Assembly: GCF_964204645.1 (NCBI RefSeq)
Contig: NC_134035.1
Span: 9,146,451-9,210,450, forward strand
Length of the DNA stretch: 64,000 nt
Source of the DNA: Tubulanus polymorphus
Lineage: Eukaryota; Animalia; Nemertea
Direction: 5' to 3'
The position numbers were made by a program, and so were the translations under genes. Below the pieces are notes generated by a model. The model ran no database searches. It worked only from the letters and a program-made list of their open reading frames with translations, and had not been told where the DNA came from. This document shows, piece by piece, positions 36,096-50,300 of the stretch. Within the stretch, counting starts at the first letter, position 1; each line of letters opens with the position of its first letter.

Positions 36096-39000
36096 CCGTC
36101 ATACTTGAAAGTTGTTTTTTGAAACAGCGGGGATTGAGATAACCCAGCCACTCGTTGCTCGGCGGCGAACGCTCTCACTCTCGTCAATAACTCCTTATTT
36201 ACAAGTCGCCGATGGCGGGAATTATCGCAGGAAATGCGTTTATCATTTTATTTGGCGGAGAATTGAACCGTAGATTTCCAGCGACTGCGACCTGTTCTCT
36301 ATCGCTGACGATATCTACAATCCTGCTTCCTATGCGCGCCGTAACTCTCTCTTTCGAAATTGTATTTACTGTTTTCTACATTTCGCGTATTACTGGCCTT
36401 ATATAAACGTCAATTGGGCTGATGACTTATTCGAAAAATATATTACGTATCCTTATACACATATCGGTAAATATGGTAGCGGAATTATTTTTGATTAAGC
36501 CGTTTTATCGCGCTAGGAATCGCGGGATCTTAACCCACGCGCTGTACTATACAGTTCGGTTGACAATATCGCCGTGTCTAAAAACAGATCCCATTTTCAA
36601 ATATTTATTTAACGAAATTAATGACCATCATTTTGAGTTCGAAATAAACTACGCCGGAGATTGCGATGCTTTTCGCGTCGATTTAGTCATGCGCCTCATC
36701 CGGAGAAATGACATGATGATGCTTTAATACGTAGCCGAGGGCTATCGACGGTGTAAACACAAATTGCCAACATCCTAGTCGAACTAACCGAGGTTTAATG
36801 TCACTGTTCGTTGATGTGAAGAAATATAAAAGGAACCACGCTTTGCATTGAGCCGAAATAAAGAACATCCACGAGTTGCACCGCGAGACACGTGGTAGTT
36901 TTTCGTAGTATATATAATCATTTACGAAAATAGGTCTCGACGAATGAAACGAAGCGCCGCGCGGAAACAGATTAAAATTGCTGAAATTGAGGTATTAGGC
37001 GTTCGTCGTTATGGCTGATAATCTGTAAATAGCGAGTAGATGACTTTCTGAAGTTATTACGCGTCTCGTAATCACCCGTCAACGAGTACCGTGCGCCTAT
37101 ACGAAGCATTTCATTATACTCCAGCATTGCAGGACGGATCCAGAGGCGCAGACTGTGACAGGAGCACAAAGGAATGCATAGGGCATATATACTGAAAAAG
37201 TGCAAGTTAAGTTTCTATGCAGCCAATAAAAGGGTATCTGGAACAATTTTGAGATTTCACTGCATTTTCATGCAATTTCTAGCGTTTGAGGAACATTTGA
37301 TAGTATATGAGCTAGATCTTGCGCTGCAGACTGTTGTCTTATTAGTTGCGGGAAAAAAGTCCCCTGAAAAATATTGTCAATGTATATTGATAAATGCCGG
37401 CCTTGTTAATAGAATTCAGCTCGTCCAAAAACCGTGCTGCTGGAATAGTAACCCTTACTCGGTAAAGAAAACGCATTAAACCACTGTTGGCTTCCCGTCA
37501 CTAGCTCCGTGTACAATCGCGAATCGAATATAGAATTATTCTTGTGTTTAAGTGTCTAAACCTGGCGCCTTGTTATATACAAGATTTGATAGTTCCACAT
37601 GTACCAGCACGTCCACTCTGATTCAGCGCTGGCAATGTTATGTCCCCGCATCTTTCTTGCTTCCGATCCTATTGCCTCATTTGGAATCAGAAATTTGGGA
37701 AATCGATGATCAAAGCACATCTAAACACAGTTTGAGGCATCCTGCTTTTCTGTCAAGGGTATGGACTCAGCTTTCACTAATCTTAAAGCGCTCGTGAACA
37801 TTTTCTAAATGAAACAATTGCTATATAAATTTTTAGATTATCATCATTATTATCATTAAACAAGGGCACAGGAACGGAACGCGTGCTCTTGTGCTCCCGT
37901 CTCGATCCAACTTTACTTTCTACCGGATAATGTTCGGCTGAAAATAATGTAATGTATTCGATAGAAAATTATTTCAGTAATAATAACAGCAAAAGCTATG
38001 AAAAGTTCGAGGGTATTTTATAATAGATGAAAGTAAGGACTCCCTTTCAGAAAGCATCTTCATATTTTGCCTAATAATGTTGAGTTGTTTGATGTGAAGT
38101 TAGAATTCTTTTAACCTCGAGTCAGATGTTCCTTTGAAAACTATTATCATAAGATTTCTTGATTGAGTTTTTGCAGAAATTCTGCCATTTTTTTCTTGTT
38201 CGATTAACGTCAGAAATAATCATTTCGTCGACGTGTCGTGTGAGTTAGAACATATCAGTTGTTGTGTCTCGCCCGGCGCTGAACTGGAAAATAATTGATT
38301 TGAAGTTAGTTGTACCGGTAACCCCGCGGTTTATCACCTATTAAACGGATGATCGCTCATGGGAAGCCCATATAATGTAGAAACAATAAAAACGACAGGG
38401 TTTCATACCAGATATAGCAATAATAAAATAATAATCAGAAATCGGTGCCGGGTGAAACCAGTGTAAAGAAGAAGCAGGGGTTGACGCCCGCTTTCTGCAT
38501 CTTCGCTTGCCAGAGTTTGATTTCCTCCCGCTGAAGCTCATGCCAACACAAACCCTGGCCGCAAACCCTTCGTTTGTCTATTACATTCCAAGAAATATTG
38601 GACGGACGGGTTGCGGCTAAGCGGCCACCAGTTTATATATCTAGCCAATCAGATGCGTTGTTTCAGATTCGCTACCATGGTAATCAAACCCTGGCAAGCG
38701 AGGATGGCTTTCTGAAGCGAAACGATACAAGTATAGCACGTGTCATCAGCAATGTAGAGAACACTGAGAAATTACACGCTGAAATTAACGACACTACGAT
38801 TTAATTTTCGGCATTTAAGAATAATTTCTCATCATAAAAAAAAAATTTCAGGCGTATAAAATAACGAAGAACCACCATCGAAAATACCGATGTGATTTCG
38901 GGCAATTCTTTGGAAACAAATCGCAATATCTATAAATCAAAAAGCCATTAGCTCCCCAGTCTTTGAGTAATGCCTCTGTGAGATCAAATTAATATATGGC

Positions 39001-39946
39001 TTTAAGTACTATAATATATTTATCACTTTTATTAGAACTGTGTGTCGCGGCGCTAATATTTTACATGATATTCACAACTTTTAAATCATTCAATATTACA
39101 ACCGATACACATGTTAATATAATGCGTTTTGCAACCATATTCCATCCGATCCATCGAGCCCGTGTGTTCTTAAAACTGTGTTGTTTTTTGCCTTGAACGA
39201 GCGAAATGGGCGCGCATTGAAAATGGAACCGTTTATACGATTTAGTTTATCATATATACGGCGGGTTTTGAACAGCTCGACAATAAGCCGGTGGTGATCG
39301 TTGATTTACACACGCGAGCAAAACACGAGTTCCTATGCGTACGTGTCTGTAATTAGGCGTCCATGCATCATAATCACAACAACTTTACTTTAGTTACTTC
39401 GACACTTTCTAAATTTTCCGTAGACGCGTGGAATCGATTTTGAGAAATATTTGCCGCTACGAAAAATTACAAAGCACAAAGTACAATGATATGTAATATT
39501 ACCATACTCGTTTTACTATATAAACATATATTCGATTTATCTCATGTGGTTTAACAATATTCTAACAGACAGAAAATATCATATTTTACATCTTGAAGCT
39601 GTTGAATTATGTTTTTTTTTGTCGCCATATTTTTGCCAATGTGAGAGAATATATTATGTACCCGCGCCTTCGCCATCGATACAGAACAGTCGTATATGAC
39701 GGAGAGTTAACGGTCACGGTTGGGATATCATTACCGCTCGACAACATTTCGAAAGGGGATATAAGTGTTTGTGAATCAATACATGGTCTATATTTCATAT
39801 ATTGCTGGTTTCTATATATAGTCTTGCTCGTGATGCCGGTTGTTTTTACGTCCGATTTTCGTTTTTACGATACACAGTCCTAGCCGAGGCAAGGTGTTAC
39901 TGAACGATCTCTATAACGACAGTTCGCCCTGAAATCTCAGCTCTGA

Positions 39947-40915
39947 TCAACCGATGCGCATGAACGACGCTCTTTTATCGTTTTCTACGCGTCGTTCGTC
40001 GTCGTCGTCGTCGGCCAAACGTTTGCCGATTCGCATAAACGACCCGCGTTTGCCGTCGGCGTCGGCAAAATTCTTTTTGCCTATGCGCATAAAACTGCCG
40101 CGTTTGCCGCTGTCTTCCGAAGTCAAGTCGTCGATGTCGGGAAGTTGCTCGTGTTGTTTCTTACCAATTCGCATGAACATCGCTTTCTTCTCCTGGCTCT
40201 CTTCTTCGTCGTCGGCGGCCGACGATTTTTTGCCGATGCGCATGAACGAGCTCGACCCGCGCTTATCGCCATTCTCGTCGTTACGACCGATTCTCATGAA
40301 ACTCGCGCGCTTGTCGGCGCCGCTTTTACCGATGCGCATGAAACTTGGCCTTTTTGGTAATTCTTCGTCGAAATCTTTCCTGCCAATGCGCATGAAGCTG
40401 GCTCGCTTATCATTCATCAGGTTTGATTTCTTGCCAATTCGCATAAAACTTGCCCGCTTATCGTCGTCGAAATCTTTCTTGCCGATTCGCATGAAACTGG
40501 CTCGCTTCAGCGCTGCCGGGTAAATCGGCCGTTTTCCTATACGCATGAACGACGGTCGCTTGTACGAAATTCGTTTCCCTATACGCATAAATGAAGCTCG
40601 ACCAATGCGCATAAACGCCGGCCTAGCTGTCCTTAGATAACTCGGAACGCTATAAGAGTCATCGTCTTCTTCCTCGTCACCAGTTTGTGAACGTCCGATG
40701 CGCATGAAACTGCTCGGTCTGCCAATCCGCATAAAGGACCCGCGTTTTTTCTCGTCCAAACTCTCACAAATGTCCACGCAACGCTCTAATTCGATTTGCA
40801 AGTTTGTATTTTCGCACTCTTCCCGGCAGTCTAATTGTTGTGATTGAGCGCACTTATTGATGACGATTAACACGAAAATCACGCTCCAATGGAAAACGAT
40901 ACCGCGAATCTTCAT
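39947..40915 (-). CDS. FxRIamide-family neuropeptide precursor (15 xFMRIamide copies), 322 aa, single coding exon preceded by an acceptor at 40942/40943
   Basis: Signal peptide MKIRGIVFHWSVIFVLIVINKCAQS. Fifteen FMRIG motifs are flanked by KR/KK/R sites and acidic spacers, with Gly as amide donor. The true start is ATG 40915; the ORF-track extension to 41092 runs into the intron. Confidence 0.96.
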   Translation of the reverse strand: MKIRGIVFHWSVIFVLIVINKCAQSQQLDCREECENTNLQIELERCVDICESLDEKKRGSFMRIGRPSSFMRIGRSQTGDEEEDDDSYSVPSYLRTARPAFMRIGRASFMRIGKRISYKRPSFMRIGKRPIYPAALKRASFMRIGKKDFDDDKRASFMRIGKKSNLMNDKRASFMRIGRKDFDEELPKRPSFMRIGKSGADKRASFMRIGRNDENGDKRGSSSFMRIGKKSSAADDEEESQEKKAMFMRIGKKQHEQLPDIDDLTSEDSGKRGSFMRIGKKNFADADGKRGSFMRIGKRLADDDDDERRVENDKRASFMRIG

Positions 40916-43368
40916 TTTCGTGACTAATTTGATTTTTGAGATCTGGAAAATATAAGAAATAGATAGATATAGCATAAATTCTAATGCGGAGTCAGCATTT
41001 GCAGTCATACAGGGGAGAGTGTCTAATCCCCGCTGAATTGTCAAGTTACCCTGGCATTTAACGGAATAAAGAAAAATGCTAAACTGATACATAAAAAAGT
41101 TTAATTCATAAGCTTGTTCTCTTAATTTCTATGAACCTTATGAGGAGCTTTCTTTCGGGGGGTGCCCTTTCATATGATATGCCCTATTTGGGGATTGCAC
41201 CCTTCTCTGAATCAAACCCTCGATCCGCCCCTGTTTTACAAATCAACTTCCTTGAAGTATGTGTACGAATGTAACCGTTTATTTTTGTTCTGTTTGTCGT
41301 TTTAATCTTTATCGTTTTATCTTTATTGCGTTCCTCACTGGAAAGTAATTTTTAGCATTATCGGTCAATAAAGTTTGATTTGATTTGATTCAGCCTATCC
41401 AAGTATCATAATTTTTGATCGTGACTTCGAAACCGCACCCATCGTGACGTTTCACCTACATAATGTTAGATCACCCTTGAGTTACAGAGACGCCCAATAA
41501 CTGCAGAATGATCTCAGCTGACCTTTGCATCAAATTCAAAGCGTAACTTCGTTTATGTGTAGGTTCAAATGAGACTAAAATTAAAGGTGAATGTCAACAC
41601 AATACACACTGTCCACTTCCCACGCCGTCATCTTAGGTTTCCTGGTCGGCTTTCTGTAAGCAGATCAAACTGGTGACAAAGCCGTTTGCCCAGTTACGAA
41701 ATAAAGAGATATCCTTGACAAAAGAACTCTATTTCTTGGAAAAATCTGTTTTTCACATAAGACATAAGATTTAGACATGATTTAATTAAATCATTGACGT
41801 ATCTGCGATGTCATAGCTATGTGCGAACACGTGAACAAACCGGCGTATTCGAAGCTGAATCACTTACACAGTATACAAGTGATAATTTTGGAAAAAAAAT
41901 TTTGAATTTGTCAACATCGACAACATTGACATTGAGAATGGAACTTGGGAATTAGTCATCAGAAACCAGTATTTGCAATAAGCGAAAAAGCGTCACTTCG
42001 ACTCGATAGATCCCATCATTAGTTCTTCGTTCTGTCACAAGTTATTATGGACAGTCATTTAACTTCAATATATAAGATGTTTTGAAGTGCAATAAAAACA
42101 CGACTGAACTGAATCGGAAAACGACGATAAATCACGAAATATTGCAATAAACTATTTATAATCGGCGTTTATGTGAAGTTATGCGTGCATGTTACAGTGT
42201 TGGGCCACATTCGCCATGACGGGACAGAACGGATGACAGATTTCATGAGCTATTTATCTTTCCCATCGGAATTTGATGATGTATGACGAGTGTCCGTGGG
42301 ATGGACGTGCGAAACAAGACCCGCTGCAGCTCGCTGTATGTATCTCCGTGTAAGAAGACGCTATCGAAATTATCTTTTATCTCGGCCTCTCTGCGGGACT
42401 GTGAGGGCCATCGAGTTGTATATTTTTTTTATAATTTCTGTTTATTTTACCCATTCGTATCAATTAACGTTGAACTTGGCGCTGCCGCTCCGTTGACACG
42501 ATTCCAGGGTAAAAATACTTCTGTACGGCTTTCCAGTTGTCGGTATGTTTTGCCCGCAAAGCTGTATGTTCAGTGACATAGATTCAAAACCATAATGCTG
42601 GTATCAAAGTCTTTGCAAATTTATAACTGCATCTTGAGATATCATATTTATACTACCGCTGAAAGATATACTAAGTTTTATTCGTTCATTCTATCTTATC
42701 GTGCATTTTGTATTGCGCTGTAATGAGCGAAAATTATCCCAACAATCCCGCCCAAAATGGCGCCTAGAAACTGGAAACTGCTTTACTAATGATGTCTCGA
42801 TGCTAGTCTCGATCCAGAACACAGGGTTGAGAAATAGACAGTACAATTGTATTTTTAAATGAATATATAATTTTTCATTATCCAGATATTTGAATGAGTA
42901 TAGCTATTTATTTCAATAAAGATGTTGCGATTATATTGGACGTTCTTATAAAGATATGGTACACGGAAGGAAATATAACAAGATATATGGACTGGGCCAG
43001 TTTACCTAAGTCTATATATCTTTCCTTATCCAATCTCCATCCATTTGGCTAAAAACTCGTGAACAATAATAAGAAAATCCAGAAGTGTAACAGCCCTGAC
43101 CAAAAAATTAAAAAAAGAAATCTTCACACGTTATCAGGTATCCCCCCCCCCAAGCAGTATTAACCTAACCATCAATTAGTCTAGTATTTCCATTTCTATC
43201 TCCATCCCTGTATAGATGAATGCAATTGCAGCATGTAGCGCCTTCATTGAGTATGCGCGGAGATATTGTTACCACTATTTCTCTTCTTCATTATTTCTTT
43301 TCCCTTTCCTTCTTTACTTTTGTTTTACTTCTTTTTTCTCTTTTTATACTTGGCCGCAAAGTGTTCAA

Positions 43369-43504
43369 CCATTAGCTTGTCGGGGTCATTCATTGTGTAA
43401 AGATTGATAGAATATTCTATGATATTTATATCATTGATGATATAGATATCATAAAATGTTCTCTATAGATTTTGACACAACGAATGACCCCGACAAATCA
43501 ATGG
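43369..43504. repeat. ~135-bp imperfect palindrome
   Basis: ttgtcggggtcattc..atgatatttatatcat | tgatatagatatcat..gaatgaccccgacaa. Confidence 0.7.
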
Positions 43505-46500
43505 CTGTGCACTGAAACGATACGATGAAAATAAATTCATTTATTCATTCATATCTAGTCGATAAGTCTCTCCAATGATTTAGCTGAAATAAGTTCTATT
43601 TCTGAAATGTGTTTACGAAGATTCCTCATAACAGACGATCACGTCATAACAGACGGTCACGTGGTTGTTCTTTTTTGTCGGGAGAATATAAACAAACAAT
43701 GTTGATCGATCGAACCGAAGCGACGCGTCGAATCGCAGCAAACTGATCTATCTTTCGAGTTCATTGGTCATGTATATATTTCATATACAAATCATTACCT
43801 ATGGACGTAAATTAAGCGTGTAAGATAATAGAAATTCGTCATCGTTATGAGCGATTGGGTTATATCATATAGACTAACGATATCTCAGTCGGTGGCGGCC
43901 AGCCAGTCGCCTGGCGATAATCATGATTTCCCAAACGGCGAATAAACGCATACCGATACAAGCGATATACCTCGTGTTGATATCATTTTGCCCTCTATAA
44001 TCGGCCCTCGACGGCCGCCCGACTAATGATAGTTAAATACGGTTACATTGGCGCAATCATCTACTCAAAATAATGCGATACTTGTCCGATACGTGACACA
44101 ATTGACACTCTTGTTATTATTACTGATATTATGACGACGATGATTTCTATACTCTCAGCGATAAACGAAAACGAATAAACTGCGCATGCAGACGAGTCCG
44201 AGAAATAGCGTCGCTGTAATTCCGACCACGCTCGAATGATGGCGAATTTTCGCTACATTTGCCATATGAGGTACGCCTAATGGTCGACATAGTAGATGTG
44301 CCCGTATTCCCGTACAGCCCATACTAGCCGGCCAGGCCAAGCGGGAAATTGAACGTCGAAATACCGAAGAGCAACTTAATTGCGATGCACAAAGCAATTC
44401 AGTTATCTTGATAAATAACTCTTGATGCGTAATAACCTTGTGCTTATTGAGTTGCCGTGTGACGTCAGCTGATTTTCCATCCGCTAATTATCTAATGCGG
44501 AAATATTATTTATTGTTTTTTTATTAGTTCTGAAGGCACGTCGAGACGGATGGCAATAATTGTTTTTGAACGATAGACCGACGCCAGGGCCGGAGTATCG
44601 TCCGTCGAAATTTTTTAGAATTTGATGTAGTACGTATTTAGCTATGCTATTCGTTAACAGGATTTGGAATGATTTGTTCTGTAGAAGATTTGTTGACAAA
44701 GTACGCGGTTTCGAGTGGCCAGATTCTAGTTGCGAGTTGAGGTCTGACTTAATGAAAATAAAAGATCGAAAATCAACTTTATCATATCTTAACTTTTCTT
44801 TGTTCAATGTGGTTTTAATGCAAAGTACGCAGCAAATTTCATCGAAATGATGAGTATGATACGTTTTGGGTCCCATTTTCTATGGATTCGCTGATGAAAT
44901 ATGAATGTATCACCCGTAGCCTTGCGAATAGAGGTTTCTTCTTGCTCAAAGACGACAAAAGATGACGAAACTAAATTTAGAAATGCGCACAATAAAGTTC
45001 ACGTGTCACGTATACAATAAAAAATTAACCGAGAAAGATTCAATTTTTATCATTGCGTAGAGAAGATTACAGAGTCACTGAGATTCATAGAAGGCGGGTC
45101 CGCTGTTCTTGCATCACAGTTTTTTCCGTATTTACTCGAACGAAAAAAATCATTAAAATACGATAGCCTTAATCTTCTTGATATCGAGAAAATAACGAGC
45201 GATAAGAAATCTTCATAAGCTAGCAAAAACTGTACTAAAAACGAACGTATTTCCATTCGGGAGATTGCCAGGCTAAAAGGTCAAGGCTGGTGGTATAGAA
45301 AGCATCCACCAGTACACAAAATGAATGCAGTTATAGTAATTTGAAATGAATCAGCTTCAACTCGCCCAGAATTAAATCCAACTCGCTGAACTGGAGAAAT
45401 TCTAAAATTTGTTTGGCTAAGATTTTGAATTAGTTAATTCACAATATTTTGATACAAACAACAAAGCACAAAACTATGGAACTTGGGCCTGTGTATTCTA
45501 TTTCGGTAGGAATATTATATATTTCAAACGAAGGCAAGGTGGTTACCGCAGTACTAAGAAGCCGTGCGCCCGTATAGAAATTACATTGATACATTTTGTT
45601 TGAATAGTGTTACTTTCGTTGGCTCGGAATAGTCGAATCCTGGGAGAACATTTTAGCGACGTGTTTACACCGGAAAGATTGGATTCATGCGGACGAAAAA
45701 GCCGCACTGAACTGCACGGTTTAGCCGCAGTTCTAGCGGCATGAACTCAATCCGTATTATTGAATTTCGGTCAGTGACTGGAAATTACACACGCGCTTTT
45801 TCGAAACAACTGAGTTCTTACGTCTACTGTGTGTATGCGCTGATACGAATCATCGACGGTTTTTGCGTAATTTCTTCTGGATTCACTATAGAAAAGTCTA
45901 TTCAAAACCGACGAAGTTTCATTCGAATTTTCTCATCAAATGAGATGCGCTGTAAAAAGATGAACGCTGTTATTATATCAATGAATTGACAAGTGATCGA
46001 GTCGCGAATTAACGCTAGAAACAGATCAAGCCGTTGAGTGTCTGTTGCTTTCGAAATGTGGAATGAATTAAGATTTTTATAATCAAAAATTAAGCGCCGC
46101 AAACTCGTCTAGTTTAGAAGGGGGGGGGGGCAGGATAAACTTCGTTGGCGGTAAATCAATTTCTGTCATTCGGTAGATACTTGAGGACGATGTCGTACGT
46201 TGATTTGAAGAGCAGAAGACGCCACGTCGCGTAACAAACAGTTGTATTGAATGAATTGCGATTGAGCGCGAATCCTGTCACATGAAAATTCGGTCGTCAA
46301 TTGAGAGTCTGCGTGTGTCTTTTGTTTAATGCGATTTGAAACGGTTAAATGAGGCGTCGAGTATTGTGAAGGCATTACTGGGCGATTCTCGCGTGTTTTT
46401 AGACGCGCACAAAGAGCTGTGTGTGATTAATTGAATCTGTGTCGCAGTTAACACGTATCTACAATCCGTTCCGCTTCATCAGTTGGCTACACACAAATCT

Positions 46501-47097
46501 GCGCCCTCTCTCCATCTTCCCCCGCTGCTGCTGCTGATGATGATCGACGAATTGAAATCTACTTCATTCGCCGCGTGAACGGAGCTGATATTGAAGCAGT
46601 AGTTTGCGTGTGAATCATCACTCTGTCAGTTTGTGCAGGGCTCCTCCGCGTCCTCGTCCGAAACAAACAAACTCAATAACATACAATATTCAACAAACCT
46701 AAACTGAATACAAAGCTTCTAGAAGTCAACGAGAAGTTTTTTGAAAAGCCTTCCGTTAATATTTGCGAGCTTGTAGTGATTTTATTAGTATATATCTTTA
46801 TTTTTCGTCAGACGTTCGCCAAACAGACGGACGAGAGTTTGGGGAGAAGATTTGTTTTTGATATCGTCTGCGATCCCACTCGCAGAAGTTACGACATACA
46901 AGTTACAAGAGTGTTCACAAAATGATAACGAAATTGTAGACTCGAACGTTTCATGGTCTCCAAGGACATATCATGTTTCATTATATTGAGTAAATCATGA
47001 ATTATTATTTGCTAAATCCGCGAAGTTAAAACGCTCCGAATAATCATTGGAATCCGTCAAAATTTCACTGAATGAGTTTGTATCGTAGATTTCCATT

Positions 47098-47347
47098 TTT
47101 GGCGCCGTAAAAACCGTTACAATAATGTTCATATGCATTGATACCTAGTATGTTCACTACGTCATCGAAATTGGCGTTTCAAAATAACAATTACAATATT
47201 GTTAATTTTGGCGGTTATTTCTTAATTAGATATATTTCATAACTCTTATTTAATTTTTATGATGAATTGTGATAATTATTTTTGGATGTGCACTACGTCA
47301 TCAATACATCGCGTCTGGACTGGTTGCCGGTCAATTCAATTCAATTA
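47098..47347 (+). repeat. Interspersed repeat, same family as 7455-7730
   Basis: Shared terminal and internal blocks with 7455-7730 in opposite orientation. Confidence 0.7.
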
Positions 47348-50300
47348 TCCATATTCAAAAGCAAAATTACTTTATTGATCCTAATTCAATATTATATTAT
47401 TCATTGTCGCGACTATATTTAGCATAATGTGTGTTATTTTTCGAGGAGTCAACAAGTTAACAAGTTAGTTTTCTTGTTTTTAATAACGAAAGCTAGCGCT
47501 ATATCATTCATTTGAACGCGATTAGAATTAAAACCGAACGCCACTTTGATTTCGTGACTCGTAGATTCCTAGGGATTAACATTTCTGATTTTTCTAACAG
47601 TTGCCGGGATTTCGTCGATGAGATTCGGCCGAGGTTGGTTTTTTTTTCTTGTCGTTGTAAATTCGGTCTCAAGTCGCGCTATGGTTAGATTGATTACAGT
47701 CGCTACCGCGGGGGTTTAACAGCGTTTTAATACTTGCCGTATTCACGTTTATACTTCTTCGTGTCGAGGGGAAACGTTTCGGGGCGAATGTATCGAATGA
47801 ATCAAATTTCCATCAATCTTTCGGAAAGAAGTTGTAAAAATGTAATCATATTTTCTAATAAATATCGAAAGCGAGTTTTACACGCGTGTCGACGAGACAG
47901 GTGCGATAGAGCGGTGTCAACAGTAACGCTGCTTTTGTAGACTGGCAGTATTCACTTTTTTGACAACATTGCACTTTTTTCGAACGGAATATGATATTCC
48001 ATGATTTTGCGAAAATTTCGGATTCTTATGTTTAGTTATTCTTTCCTGCAGCATCGACCACGTGATCAGTGACGACAACAATGGTGCGGACGGCATCGGA
48101 AGTCGTACCGGACATCTTTTTGATGTTAGAATACGGATTCTCAATAAAACTCAATAAAAAATGAACTCAGTTTGCTTCGGATTAAATCTGATACCAGTCT
48201 ATGAAACCTGTTCCATACTTTTAGTGAATTCCTTTACACCGACCATATACAAATGCGTCATTGATTTTCAAGGATTTCGATTAAAAAAGCAATTTTTCCA
48301 GAGGGCAATAAATCGAAAACATTAGTTAGTTATTGGGGACAATTAGTTCCTTGGGCGATGCACAAGATTCAGTTAAGTCGAAAGTGCGAAGCGGTGAAGC
48401 AGTGATGTATCGACGATGGCAGCGAATTACAAGATATTCTATACCTTCCTCGTTATCGACCTGAGGAATGGGGAACTATACCGCCCTCTTTACCTCAGTT
48501 GATCCAAAATATCGCAACCAACATTTCTCGATTATGTCTGGGTCTAGAGCTAAATTGAGTAAATTTTCAATGAGGATTTTCCTAAAGGTCTAAGACATCC
48601 GAGAACTATAGACATTATGTCCTACTTTGTTGTGTCCTACTTTTGCACGCGTTGCAATATTCATAATTTCATAAACAGGTCAAGTTTGCGAAGATGGTGA
48701 CCATTGAAGAGAGATTCGATTATTGACCGTCACGATCTAAGACGAAATGAGCTTATTTCTTACCGGTCACCAACGCGTCTATAGTCGATCGTAAGATCAA
48801 CCGGACGGGTAATTACAGATGGGTGTTTAAGCATTCAGCAGTTGCGTTTTTCAATCTGATTGCCGTGCCGAGCACAGTCCATCCACTGATTCGCATCTCG
48901 ACGACGACGACGGCGCGGCCATGACGCAAACATAATGATGTCCAGTACGAGCGGGCAAAATGAATTAACTAAAGCCAGGTCACAGTTGTAATCCATTCAT
49001 TACTGTTTCATTATCGGCGACCTGCGCGGGTGTCGACCGGACACGATTTTTCCACCGATAGACGCAGTTGATAATTCCACGTACAGAAACTAAATCAAGA
49101 GCTATTATTTCGTGTTCTAAAACGTAGCGACGCTTGTTACGCGATGTTTACTAATCAATCTCACGTACACGGCTTTCCAAACCCCGGCCGCTCTCTCCCG
49201 CTCTCTGTCTCTCTCCGCGTGTGTTTAAGGGTCAATCGTGTTTACCGTAAAGCTATGAGTGAAAAAATAAGTAAGCAATATACGACTAAAAGATGTATCC
49301 CTCAGAGGAGCGTGACGTAATCAAATTCAAACCTTATTTCAGTTTTTAAATCAGTCTGACCCCTCGAATTTCTAGTTCAATATGGGGTGAATAGCTGACC
49401 ATTGATAAATGTTGTGACGATAATGTGTGACGATAATATAAAGTCCGTAAACGTTTCGTTGAGCTTTAGTAGTTCATTCAATGTTTCGACTATATTCTAA
49501 TAGTGATCTCCAGGAAGATGACTCCTCAAGGAAACATTTTCGGACTTGATATTATTTTTTCGTTATTATTGTGGGATTTCATACGCAATGGCGTGAATAG
49601 CTATTTTCGTGATGTACCACATGATTACTAGAGGGCATTCTACCTACGAGTCGAATAGGTCCGCGTATGTGGTTAAAAAGCACCATTCGTTATGATATGG
49701 ATAGTATACATCTCGGCATCTTAAAAACTGATTTCTTCATTACATGAATTTATAGTTTCAGAGACGGATGTTTGAATAAAAGATAGATAGAGATAAAATG
49801 ACTAAGTGAAATATGGAATAATTAATTTAGCCAAACGAAACATTGTTGCTACACTTATGTACAGGTGATTTACGTCTTACGGAATTGCAGTGGCTACAAA
49901 TTTCCTTTTAGTCGAAAATCGTGGCTGCAACACTCTCTCAAATGGGTGTCATATAAGAAGAAGATATCTATTCTTCATGTAGCAATCAATGCGCCTGAAT
50001 TTATTTATTAGCAAATGATGTGGTTGCAACATGTATGCGCGTTATAGGGATAAGCATATTTTCGATATAGCCATTGGCACCGTCACGCTAAATAAGTGCA
50101 TTTCGTCCGTACGAAGATGCGTGAAGTGTAAGATTTTTATGATGATTCTATTGCAATCAACGTTGCCCGAATCTGCGAACATATTTTTTGTCGATGTGAA
50201 TACGGTATTTTGAACATCTTATACACCGTAGTTAAGGAGGTTTGGTTCTTCTGCGCTACACCCTGTGGTACTATCGTATGTTCAGGCAGTCTGTCATTTT

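Noticed and set aside
39954-40523. 189-aa + strand ORF with repeating PMRMK units
   Set aside because: Antisense shadow of the repetitive FMRIamide codons.
40916-41092. N-terminal 59 aa of the 381-aa ORF
   Set aside because: Extends through a clear acceptor (tattttccag at 40943) into intron and MITE sequence; the signal peptide starts at 40915.
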